This document shows positions 25,398 through 32,000 of a stretch of 32,000 nucleotides of DNA, in pieces. The position numbers and the translations under genes were made by a program. The stretch is from NCBI GenBank assembly GCA_000008085.1, contig AE017199.1, forward strand, positions 150,001-182,000. Reading direction: 5' to 3'. Under the pieces are notes generated by a model. That model had not been told where the DNA came from and made no database searches. It saw only the letters and a list, made by a program, of their open reading frames with translations. Positions within the stretch are counted from its first letter, which is position 1. The number at the start of each line of letters is the position of its first letter. This stretch comes from Nanoarchaeum equitans Kin4-M (GTDB lineage: Archaea; Nanobdellota; Nanobdellia; Nanobdellales; Nanoarchaeaceae).

Positions 25398-26558
25398 ATG
25401 AAAATACTATTGTTTCATCCATTTTTGAAATCTATGGGGGGAGCTGAAAAGTTAATCTATGAGTATTCGAAAAGATCAAAACATAAAATATATATCTTAA
25501 GTTGGATATACATTAAAAACAAAACATTTTCTTTTGAGGCTGTATATAGTATTTTAGGTAATAAGTTAGAAAGCATAGCAAGATCTTATTTTGGTAGGTT
25601 ATTGTTTTTGCCTTTGTCTTTATTAAAGTTTCCCGAAGATTTTGATGTTTTGGTTATTTCTACTTCTGGTATATCGATTCTATCACTATTGGGCAAAAAA
25701 ATTAATATCCCAAAATTGGCTTATGTACATACCCCATTAAGAGCAGCTTATCCTTTAGACATAATATGGAATATAAATTATAGATTTAGACAGCTAAAAA
25801 AATATTTCTACAAAAGCGCATATACAATTTATAATTTTTTAGAAAAAAATGCTTGGTCTAAATTGGATTTCGCAGTATTTAATTCTTATTTATCTAGAAA
25901 AAGGGCATTAGATAAAAAACTAATAGATTTAGATAAAACAGCAATTATTTATCCTGGAGCCAATTTGGAATCTCTATATTATAAAGAACCAGAAAACTAT
26001 TTTTTGTATGTTGCGAGGTTTAATATCATAAAAAGGCAACACATATTAATTAAAGCATTTGCAAAGTTTTCTAAAAAATACGATTATAAATTAATTTTGG
26101 TTGGAGGGCTTGAGAATAAAAGATATTTCATTCGTTTGTTAAAATTAATCAAGAAATATAATCTAGAAAATAGAGTAAAGTTGCTTTATAATTTGCCATA
26201 CCAAAAAATAATAGAACTTTATTCTAAAGCATTGGCTTTTGTTCATATCCCATTTATGGAAGACTTTGGAATAGCCCCATTAGAAGCAGCTGCGGCTGGT
26301 AAATACATAATTAATGTATACCCTTCTGGGAATTATGAGATATTAAAGGATTTTCCTGGGATATATTGGATTAAAGAGAGATTTTACGATGAGAAGATGG
26401 TAGAAGAAGTGTATAAAGCGTTAGAATATTTTATAAAAAATAAAGACGAATTAATAGAAAAAGGTAAAGAGAATAGAAAGAAAATAAAAGAGCTGGACTT
26501 ATCATGGGATAGGTTTGCTAAGGAGATGGATAAAATAATAGAAACTAGGATAGTTTAA
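25398..26558 (+). CDS. Family 4 (GT-B) glycosyltransferase
   Basis: The N-terminus is MKILLFHPFLKSMGGAEKLIYEY. The C-terminal EDFGIAPLEAAAAGKYII contains the E-x7-E motif region. Confidence 0.85.
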   Translation: MKILLFHPFLKSMGGAEKLIYEYSKRSKHKIYILSWIYIKNKTFSFEAVYSILGNKLESIARSYFGRLLFLPLSLLKFPEDFDVLVISTSGISILSLLGKKINIPKLAYVHTPLRAAYPLDIIWNINYRFRQLKKYFYKSAYTIYNFLEKNAWSKLDFAVFNSYLSRKRALDKKLIDLDKTAIIYPGANLESLYYKEPENYFLYVARFNIIKRQHILIKAFAKFSKKYDYKLILVGGLENKRYFIRLLKLIKKYNLENRVKLLYNLPYQKIIELYSKALAFVHIPFMEDFGIAPLEAAAAGKYIINVYPSGNYEILKDFPGIYWIKERFYDEKMVEEVYKALEYFIKNKDELIEKGKENRKKIKELDLSWDRFAKEMDKIIETRIV

Positions 26559-27033
26559 CTAAACCTTTTCTTTTTACATAGTTTAAAGCAATTTTGAATA
26601 ATTCAAAACCCATTACAAAATATAATATAGACAAAAACAGAGCCAGAGTTAAATACGATGTATTTACAGCTTTCCCCGTAATGAGATTTCTAAATTCTTC
26701 AACCAAAACGAAAGGTAGTATTAGTATAATAAAGCTATAGAACCAAAAGAAAGATAAAGTAATCCTTTTTGGGAGAAACACTTCTATTAAATCTGATAGC
26801 AATCCCCATAAACTAAGAGATTCGCTTCCTGATAAAACAAACAATGGAGAAAGAATAAAAGCTAAAGCATAGGATGAGAGTTGTATAATGAGAGCAAACA
26901 AAAATATTGATAATATACTTTCTATGGGAATAGCATTTAATAAGACTAATGGAACTAATGTACCTATAAATACTAACAAAGTTTGTATAAAATCCTGTAA
27001 AAATCTATGTATAATAGTGTATACTGGCGATTC
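26545..27033 (-). pseudogene. ABC-2 type permease, C-terminal fragment only (4 TM helices); no ATG or GTG start
   Basis: The frame is open from 27033 (stop at 27036-27034). The only start-like codon is the TTG at 26979. The sequence reads ...LPFVLVEEFRNLITGKAVNTSYLTLALFLSILYFVMGFELFKIALNYVKRKG, which resembles ABC-2 permease C-termini. The first TM helices of a typical 6-TM ABC-2 permease are missing, and no TATA lies at the standard spacing. Confidence 0.4.
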
Positions 27034-27193
27034 CTATAGAATAATCACAGATAACATATCTAAAGAGTTAAAAAATGTAATAGAAATTCTATCTAAATAC
27101 AGATTAACAGAATATATAGAAAGCATAGAAATAAAAGAGCTTACATTAGAAGATGTGTTCGCTTATTTTGTTAACCAGCAATGGAAAGAATAA
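27017..27193 (+). pseudogene. C-terminal domain fragment of an ABC-2 type ATP-binding protein; the nucleotide-binding domain is absent
   Basis: YTGDSYRIITDNISKELKNVIEILSKYRLTEYIESIEIKELTLEDVFAYFV matches the C-terminal domain of ABC-2 ATPases, which ends in (P/T)-x-LE-(D/E)-V-F. There is no Walker A, signature or Walker B upstream, where the sequence is antisense to the permease fragment. The only in-frame start is the GTG at 27017. A TATAAA at 26986-26991 lies about 28 nt upstream. It could instead be expressed as a 58-aa protein. Confidence 0.45.
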
Positions 27194-27591
27194 TAGATGT
27201 CATAAACCATATAATAATTAATACCTATCTTTACATTGTTTTGTTTAATGAAATATCGATTTATCCTATTTTACTATGGTTGGTAGTAGATTTGGACTAT
27301 TTTATAGGAAAACATAGAGTTACTTTCCATAATGTTTTTTATTTATTTTTTATTTCAATGGTTTTTTCTATAATATATAGTAAAACCCTTCTTTATACGC
27401 CAAAGTTTTTTGCTATATTGTTATCACATATCATATTCGATTTTCTATTTGGGGGAGTGTGCTTTTTGTATAAACTATGTGCTAAAGGCGGTATAAAATA
27501 CGATTACCTTTCGTTAGAGATAATAAGTTTGGCTATTAATTTATTTATTTTATCTATGGTGTTGTCTTTTTATATCGATAAATTATTCTAA
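27181..27591 (+). CDS. Membrane-bound metal-dependent hydrolase-like protein (YdjM/DUF457 family)
   Basis: It has four TM helices. VDLDYFIGKHRVTFHN and LLSHIIFDFLFGG resemble the D-x-D...HR-x-x-TH and H-x-x-x-D motifs of DUF457. It overlaps the preceding fragment by 13 nt. Confidence 0.55.
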   Translation: MERIIDVINHIIINTYLYIVLFNEISIYPILLWLVVDLDYFIGKHRVTFHNVFYLFFISMVFSIIYSKTLLYTPKFFAILLSHIIFDFLFGGVCFLYKLCAKGGIKYDYLSLEIISLAINLFILSMVLSFYIDKLF

Positions 27592-27595
27592 CCAA

Positions 27596-28609
27596 ATGAA
27601 ATCGCTAATAGCATTTATAGCTTTTATAATAACCGGTTTCCTAGCAACAAAAATTCTTTCCTATTTTTTAGAGGGAATAATAAAAAAGCTAGTAATAGAT
27701 AGCAATACTAAAATAGACGATATAATATACAACTCTCTGCGATTACCTTTACTATTAATAGTGTTTTTGATATTTTTGTATATTGGTATTTTGTTAGCCC
27801 CAATACAAATAGATATTAACTTTGTTAATAATGTATTTAAGTTTGTCTCTATTTTAGTTGGCACATATGCTATAGTGAATTTTGTTGATGGGATATTTGA
27901 ATATTATATAATACCATGGGCCGAAAAGACCGAAACTAAATTAGACGAACATCTAATAAAGCCATTAAGAAAATTAATTAGATTATTAATAATAGTTTTT
28001 GGTTTATTGACAGCACTAAGCTCTGTTGGTTATGATATAACAACAATATTAGCCGGTTTAGGTATAGGTGGTTTAGCCTTCGCTTTGGCAATGCAAGACA
28101 CAATAAAAAATTTTATAGCTGGGGTGTTAATTTTAATAGACAAACCCTTTACTATTGGGGATTGGATTAGAGTTGGAGATTTAGAAGGAATAATTGAAGA
28201 AGTAGGAATTAGGAGTACAAGAATTAGGACATTTGACCAATCTTTAATTACAGTGGCAAACTCTTATTTATTAGAAAGGCCTATAGAGAATTTTAGCGAA
28301 AGAACAAAAAGAAGGGTTTTAATTAACATTGGAATAACATATGAAACCCCTGTAGAGAAAATTGAAAAAGCAAAACAAATAATTAAAGAAATATTATCCT
28401 CAAACCCAATGGTTGTAGGTCCAATTAGAGTGCATTTTTACTCTTTTGGAGATTGGTCCTTAAATATTAGGGTTGAATATTATGTTAAAAATACTAATTT
28501 TGACGAATTTTTAGATACTGTTGATTATATAAACAAAGAGATAAAAAGGAGATTCGATTTAGAAGGGATAGAATTCGCTTATCCCACATATACTATATAT
28601 CAAAAATGA
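27596..28609 (+). CDS. Small-conductance mechanosensitive channel (MscS family)
   Basis: The sequence reads GIGGLAFALAMQDTIKNFIAGVLILIDKPFTIGDWIRVGDLEGIIEEVGIRSTRIRTFDQSLITVANS. 337 aa with N-terminal TM helices. Confidence 0.9.
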   Translation: MKSLIAFIAFIITGFLATKILSYFLEGIIKKLVIDSNTKIDDIIYNSLRLPLLLIVFLIFLYIGILLAPIQIDINFVNNVFKFVSILVGTYAIVNFVDGIFEYYIIPWAEKTETKLDEHLIKPLRKLIRLLIIVFGLLTALSSVGYDITTILAGLGIGGLAFALAMQDTIKNFIAGVLILIDKPFTIGDWIRVGDLEGIIEEVGIRSTRIRTFDQSLITVANSYLLERPIENFSERTKRRVLINIGITYETPVEKIEKAKQIIKEILSSNPMVVGPIRVHFYSFGDWSLNIRVEYYVKNTNFDEFLDTVDYINKEIKRRFDLEGIEFAYPTYTIYQK

Positions 28610-29616
28610 TTTATTATTTTACAAAATATCATTTTTTAATTTTATATCCAATAGAAAAAGCCTATTTTGTTGGAACCGATTTTAAAATATATGAGATAGA
28701 CCATAAAACTTTGGATTTGTTTTACAAAACTGATTGGAGTTTAGTTAAAGAGTTCGCCCAACTAAGATACAATAGCATAGAGGAATACATATATGAAAAT
28801 AGGGACTTTTTATCCAAATTCAACTATGATAAAGTAGTTATTGGTTTTAGCGCTGGCAAGGATTCGGTTTCTCTAGCATTAGTTTTAGATTATTTAGGAA
28901 TAGATTATATACCGGTTTTCTCCCATATTCCATATATATCGGAACTATTGTATGGATTTTCTTTAGATGTTTTAGAGAAATTCGATGCTAAAATAATAGA
29001 AGTTGATAAAAGAAAAGTTATAGATGTTTTATCAAAAGGACCACCTTATGTTAAATGCCCCCTAAGATCATTAAAAATGAAAGCCATTAAAGATTATATT
29101 AGATCTTTAGGCCTATCAAGAAAACAGTTTATTACAGGAGAAAGAATTTATGAATCTCCAAAAAGGTATATGGCTTTGAAAAATAAAATACACAACCCCA
29201 TACAGTTTTTAACAGATTTGGAAGCGATGTTATTTGCTTACCAACATAAAGCATTATCTAATATATATTATATTAATACAAGGGCCTCTTGTGTGCCATG
29301 TCCTAGGGCCTCAACAATAATGTGGTATTTAGGATTGGAAAACCTATATAAATATGAACCTGTTGGTTATGAATTGTTAGAAAAAGCTTTATTAATCGAT
29401 TATAAAAGGAAAAAGATTGGCACAGAAGAGCAGTTTATTTGGTTGGGCTTACATAGAATTAATCCTTTAGAAATAAACAAAGAACTAGAAAAAATAGAGA
29501 AACTAATGGAATATGGCAAAGAAGTTCCGAAATCTAGAATATATACCATATTAAAGCAAACCATTAGACAATTAAAGCGGGCCCGGCGGGATTCGAACCC
29601 GCGACCTACGGCTTAG
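28606..29616 (+). CDS. PP-loop ATP pyrophosphatase, PAPS reductase-like family
   Basis: The PP-loop is VVIGFSAGKDSVSLAL, followed by GERIYESPKRY and a C-terminal CVPCP. It has an ATGA overlap with the MscS gene. The last 39 nt (29578-29616, ...RRDSNPRPTA) are the antisense of tRNA-Arg. Confidence 0.7.
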   Translation: MIYYFTKYHFLILYPIEKAYFVGTDFKIYEIDHKTLDLFYKTDWSLVKEFAQLRYNSIEEYIYENRDFLSKFNYDKVVIGFSAGKDSVSLALVLDYLGIDYIPVFSHIPYISELLYGFSLDVLEKFDAKIIEVDKRKVIDVLSKGPPYVKCPLRSLKMKAIKDYIRSLGLSRKQFITGERIYESPKRYMALKNKIHNPIQFLTDLEAMLFAYQHKALSNIYYINTRASCVPCPRASTIMWYLGLENLYKYEPVGYELLEKALLIDYKRKKIGTEEQFIWLGLHRINPLEINKELEKIEKLMEYGKEVPKSRIYTILKQTIRQLKRARRDSNPRPTA

Positions 29617-29651
29617 AAGGCCGCCGCTCTACCAAGCTGAGCTACGGGCCC
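29578..29651 (-). tRNA. tRNA-Arg (anticodon TCT)
   Basis: The reverse complement is GGGCCCG-TA-GCTC-AGCTTGGTA-GAGC-G-GCGGC-CTTCTAA-GCCGT-AGGTC-GCGGG-TTCGAAT-CCCGC-CGGGCCC-G. No CCA is encoded. Confidence 0.9.
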
Positions 29652-29656
29652 AGAGT

Positions 29657-30388
29657 TCAATCGGCCTCTCCTTTAAAAGCTTTTAGATCTTTTAATGTTG
29701 CTTCCTCAACTTTGTCAGCGAAAAATTCTATTTTACCAGTTTTTATGTTTTTCTTAAGCTTTCCATATACTTTATATATATGGCCTATTTCCCAATCAAA
29801 ATCGTTGAAATATACTACAGGCAATTCCCTATCTAAGCTAGTTAAAATTGCTTTCGATACTATTGTGCCTTTTTGGGTTTGTTTTTTTGGATATTTAACT
29901 ATGCAAATCCCAACAAATTCTTGCTTTTGGGGTTTTATCTCTAAATCGCTTTCTAAAATTTTATAACTGTCTATATGTAATTCTAAATTGCCAGTTTTCT
30001 TATTAATTTTGGTTTTCCCAATAGCTTCTATTACAGTGTTTTCAGGTAATTCTTTATCGGTATTCCAAATAATAGCTTTAATAGTACCGGTTTCGTCTCC
30101 TAAAATAATAGGTTGGAATTTCCCTTTCGAATAACTAATTAATCCAAAAGATTTGAGAATTTTGCCCTTTACTTTTACATATTCCCAGCTTTCTAATTCG
30201 CCAATTTTTTTCTCTTTCGGAGTGTTTTTATACAAAACACCAAGTTTTTTTGCTACTAATAGTAAAGCCCCCCTACGAGATATTAAATTGTTAAAAGCTT
30301 TAATTTTTTCTTCCACCATTTTTTCTATTTCCTCTCGAGATTTGCCAGTTTTTTCTATTATTAGTTGTATTAGTTCCTCTTCATCCAT
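29657..30388 (-). CDS. SSB/RPA-like OB-fold single-stranded nucleic-acid-binding protein
   Basis: The N-terminal helical segment EELIQLIIEKTGKSREEIEKMVEEKIKAFNNLISRRGALLLVAKKLGV is typical of archaeal RPA/SSB N-termini. It is followed by beta-rich OB-like segments (VKVKGKILKSFGLISY...GTIKAIIWN). 243 aa. Confidence 0.7.
   Translation of the reverse strand: MDEEELIQLIIEKTGKSREEIEKMVEEKIKAFNNLISRRGALLLVAKKLGVLYKNTPKEKKIGELESWEYVKVKGKILKSFGLISYSKGKFQPIILGDETGTIKAIIWNTDKELPENTVIEAIGKTKINKKTGNLELHIDSYKILESDLEIKPQKQEFVGICIVKYPKKQTQKGTIVSKAILTSLDRELPVVYFNDFDWEIGHIYKVYGKLKKNIKTGKIEFFADKVEEATLKDLKAFKGEAD
29672..29677 (-). promoter_or_regulatory. TATA core for tRNA-Arg, embedded in the last codons of the upstream SSB-like CDS
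   Basis: The minus strand reads ctaaaagctTTTAAAgga. The centre (29674.5) is 23.5 nt from tRNA nucleotide 1 (29651). Confidence 0.6.
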
Positions 30389-30923
30389 TTATTATTTTTG
30401 TGTACTCATTAAATAATGCGTAATAGCCATAATGGTACAAAACCCTAAATAGGTTTGCCACTATTATATAGCCTTTTAGAGAATAATTATACTTTTTTAG
30501 AACTTTTTCTTCTATTTTTTTAAATATTGGTGGTATATAAACATTTCTTATAACTTTTATATGGGGAAACCAGTATTTAATGTATCGAACATATCTTTCT
30601 TTTAATATTACGGGTTTCTCTGTAAAAGAGCTATGCCACACATCTTCTTTTGGATATACAATAGAAGAAACATTGTATTTGGCAAAAAAATAGAATATTC
30701 CTAAAGAGTTGTAAAACCTTATTCCAGGCAATCTATCATATTCGATGGGAATCTCGCTATAGTTACCTACCACATAATAATAATCGCATTTAGGCTTATC
30801 TTTATAATAATATATGGGTATATTAAATTGCAATGCCAGGGGTTTGGCTATAATTAGTGAATGTAGAGAACCAACTAATACGCAGTGCAAAATTTTACAT
30901 TCCGAATAGGGATGCCAAACCAC
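30381..30923 (-). CDS. Hypothetical protein (180 aa), Tyr/Ile-rich
   Basis: This is a long ORF between rpl12 and the SSB-like gene on the same strand. It overlaps rpl12 by 29 nt and the SSB-like gene by 8 nt. I recognise no family, and no TATA lies at the standard spacing, so it is presumably co-transcribed. Confidence 0.4.
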   Translation of the reverse strand: MVWHPYSECKILHCVLVGSLHSLIIAKPLALQFNIPIYYYKDKPKCDYYYVVGNYSEIPIEYDRLPGIRFYNSLGIFYFFAKYNVSSIVYPKEDVWHSSFTEKPVILKERYVRYIKYWFPHIKVIRNVYIPPIFKKIEEKVLKKYNYSLKGYIIVANLFRVLYHYGYYALFNEYTKIING

Positions 30924-31203
30924 CCAATGCTTCTTCTTCTTTCTTTTCCTCTTTTTTCTCCTCTTTCTTTTCTTCTTTCTTCTCTTGTTCTGGAGCTGGA
31001 GCTGCTACGGGGGCTGCTACAGTAACTTGGGAAGCCTTTTCTAATATTTCATCAATGTTTACTCCCTCTAAAGCAGCAACTACAGCTTTAACCATACCTT
31101 CATTAACCTCAACTCCAGCAGCTTCTAAAACTTTTTTTAAGTTTTCTTCGTTAATTTCTTTGCCTGCCTTGTGTAAAAGCAATGCCGCGTATATGTATTC
31201 CAT
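30895..31203 (-). CDS. rpl12: Ribosomal stalk protein P1 (L12e/aP1)
   Basis: The N-terminus is [33 protein letters not shown]. An Ala/Pro hinge and an EKKEE repeat follow, and the C-terminus is the conserved GLASLFGM. Confidence 0.9.
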   Translation of the reverse strand: MEYIYAALLLHKAGKEINEENLKKVLEAAGVEVNEGMVKAVVAALEGVNIDEILEKASQVTVAAPVAAPAPEQEKKEEKKEEKKEEKKEEEALGGLASLFGM

Positions 31204-31223
31204 TGGCTTTCCATTAAGAACAA

Positions 31224-31229
31224 TTTAAA
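31224..31229 (-). promoter_or_regulatory. TATA core for rpl12
   Basis: The minus strand reads attccattTTTAAAttg. The centre (31226.5) is 23.5 nt from the ATG at 31203. Confidence 0.6.
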
Positions 31230-31238
31230 AATGGAATG

Positions 31239-31246
31239 TTTATAAA
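31239..31246 (+). promoter_or_regulatory. TATA core (TTTATAAA) for rpl22
   Basis: The centre (31242.5) is 24.5 nt from the ATG at 31267. Confidence 0.6.
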
Positions 31247-31266
31247 GGGTATATTGAAGTTTCCCA

Positions 31267-31791
31267 ATGAGATATTCAGTAAGCTTAGAAAATGTGGCAA
31301 AGCTCTATGCACATAATTTGCCTATTTCAACAAAACATGCTGTAGAGATTGCGAAAATGATTAGATATTTGCCTTTGCAATTAGCAAAAGAAATGTTACA
31401 AAAAGTTTTAGACAAAGAATTAGCTGTGCCTTTCTTTAGATACAATAGAGATATCCCCCATAGGAAAAAAGGACAAATCCACCCATATTTTAAAATAAAA
31501 CATGGTAGATTCCCAGAAAATGCCACAAAATGGATATTAAAAGAATTAAATTCTGTAGAAAAGAATGCCATTAATTTGGGAATGGATCCTAACAAATTGT
31601 TTATAGTACATATTGCAGCACACAAAGGAGTTAGGGGATATACAAGCGTTTATGGGAGAAGAGCAAGAAGAAAAGCAACCCATTTAGAAATAATGGTTGC
31701 AGAAAATAAGGATTATGATCCCTCTAAGAAGTACCCATTAAAAGAATTAAAAAGGATGGGCCATAAATTATTTTTGAGCCTCAAGAAATAA
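31267..31791 (+). CDS. rpl22: Ribosomal protein L22 (uL22)
   Basis: AHNLPISTKHAVEIAKMIRYLPLQLAKEMLQKV...AVPFFRY...GRFPENATKWILKELNSVEKNAINLG...IVHIAAHKG...RRKATHLEIMV matches the L22 pattern. It stands alone, outside an S10/spc-type cluster. Confidence 0.9.
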   Translation: MRYSVSLENVAKLYAHNLPISTKHAVEIAKMIRYLPLQLAKEMLQKVLDKELAVPFFRYNRDIPHRKKGQIHPYFKIKHGRFPENATKWILKELNSVEKNAINLGMDPNKLFIVHIAAHKGVRGYTSVYGRRARRKATHLEIMVAENKDYDPSKKYPLKELKRMGHKLFLSLKK

Positions 31792-32000
31792 TTTTTCCAC
31801 TCCTTTTTTAGTTATAGTGTATATTTCTATACCATAACCAGAAAATACATCTCTCGCTATAGAGGATTTTAATGCCTTTTCCGCTAATTTAATAGCATCT
31901 CTAACAGTTATATCTGGGTTGTACTCTGCTTCTAATGTACCTAAAGCTATTACTCCACCACTTCCTTCGGCAAAATAGTCTTTTATCTCAGATATTGCTC
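31768..32000 (-). CDS. psmB: Proteasome beta subunit, C-terminal part (gene runs off the right edge)
   Basis: Absent from the track because no start lies in the window. The reverse frame from 31998 reads AISEIKDYFAEGSGGVIALGTLEAEYNPDITVRDAIKLAEKALKSSIARDVFSGYGIEIYTITKKGVEKLFLEAQK*. GSG...A.G.LE and RD..SG are proteasome beta motifs. The stop at 31770-31768 overlaps the convergent rpl22 by 24 nt. Confidence 0.8.
   Translation of the reverse strand, partial: AISEIKDYFAEGSGGVIALGTLEAEYNPDITVRDAIKLAEKALKSSIARDVFSGYGIEIYTITKKGVEKLFLEAQK

Noticed and set aside
26888-27016. N-terminal part of the 101-aa plus-strand track ORF 26888..27193 (MRANKNIDNILSMGIAFNKTNGTN...).
   Set aside because: This part is antisense to the permease fragment and has no ABC ATPase similarity. 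Only the segment from about 27002 onward resembles an ABC C-terminal domain.
30925-30990. Short tandem repetition (ttcttt/ctcttt units) that looks like a microsatellite or repeat array.
   Set aside because: It is the reverse complement of the [18 protein letters not shown] acidic/basic hinge of ribosomal stalk protein P1. This is a normal compositional feature of that protein, not a CRISPR array or regulatory repeat.

Overview
AT-rich, very gene-dense archaeal chromosome segment. It has almost no non-coding DNA and many 1-17 nt gene overlaps. I call about 44 protein genes. These cover information processing (SecY, RFC small subunit, RNAP B'' half, RpoL, NusA, ThrRS, GatB, PAN, Rrp4, an SSB/RPA-like protein, proteasome beta) and ribosomal proteins (S27ae, L14e, L30e, L15e, L44e, S19e, P1, L22). 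The rest are a few membrane/transport proteins, two glycosyltransferases, peroxiredoxin, IlvE and a trifunctional TyrA-chorismate mutase-PheA fusion. There are five tRNAs: Trp and Tyr with 13-nt introns, plus Leu, Val and Arg. One candidate C/D box sRNA lies directly behind tRNA-Val. No CRISPR array, transposase, integrase or long repeat was seen. Taxonomic inference, not proof: Nanoarchaeota, probably Nanoarchaeum equitans or a close relative. This rests on the orphan RNAP B'' half, the 243-aa SSB-like OB-fold protein, scrambled operons, and tRNA promoters placed so that transcription starts at the mature 5' end. The most interesting signal is promoter geometry. A TTTAAA or TTTATAAA core lies 23.5-24.5 nt upstream of essentially every first-in-operon start codon and every tRNA 5' end, which implies leaderless transcripts. 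In six divergent pairs, a single palindromic TATA sits exactly midway between two start points 47-49 nt apart. Other leads are: a non-canonical tRNA-Trp intron (30/31) with a clean bulge-helix-bulge; a dicistronic tRNA-Val/C/D sRNA candidate; a cluster of GT2, a Cys/N-glycosite-rich secreted protein and a FlaI-like ATPase; remnants (or split pieces) of an ABC-2 transporter; and a triple TTCGAA element upstream of the peroxiredoxin promoter. All calls come from reading the sequence and from remembered family motifs. No searches were run.
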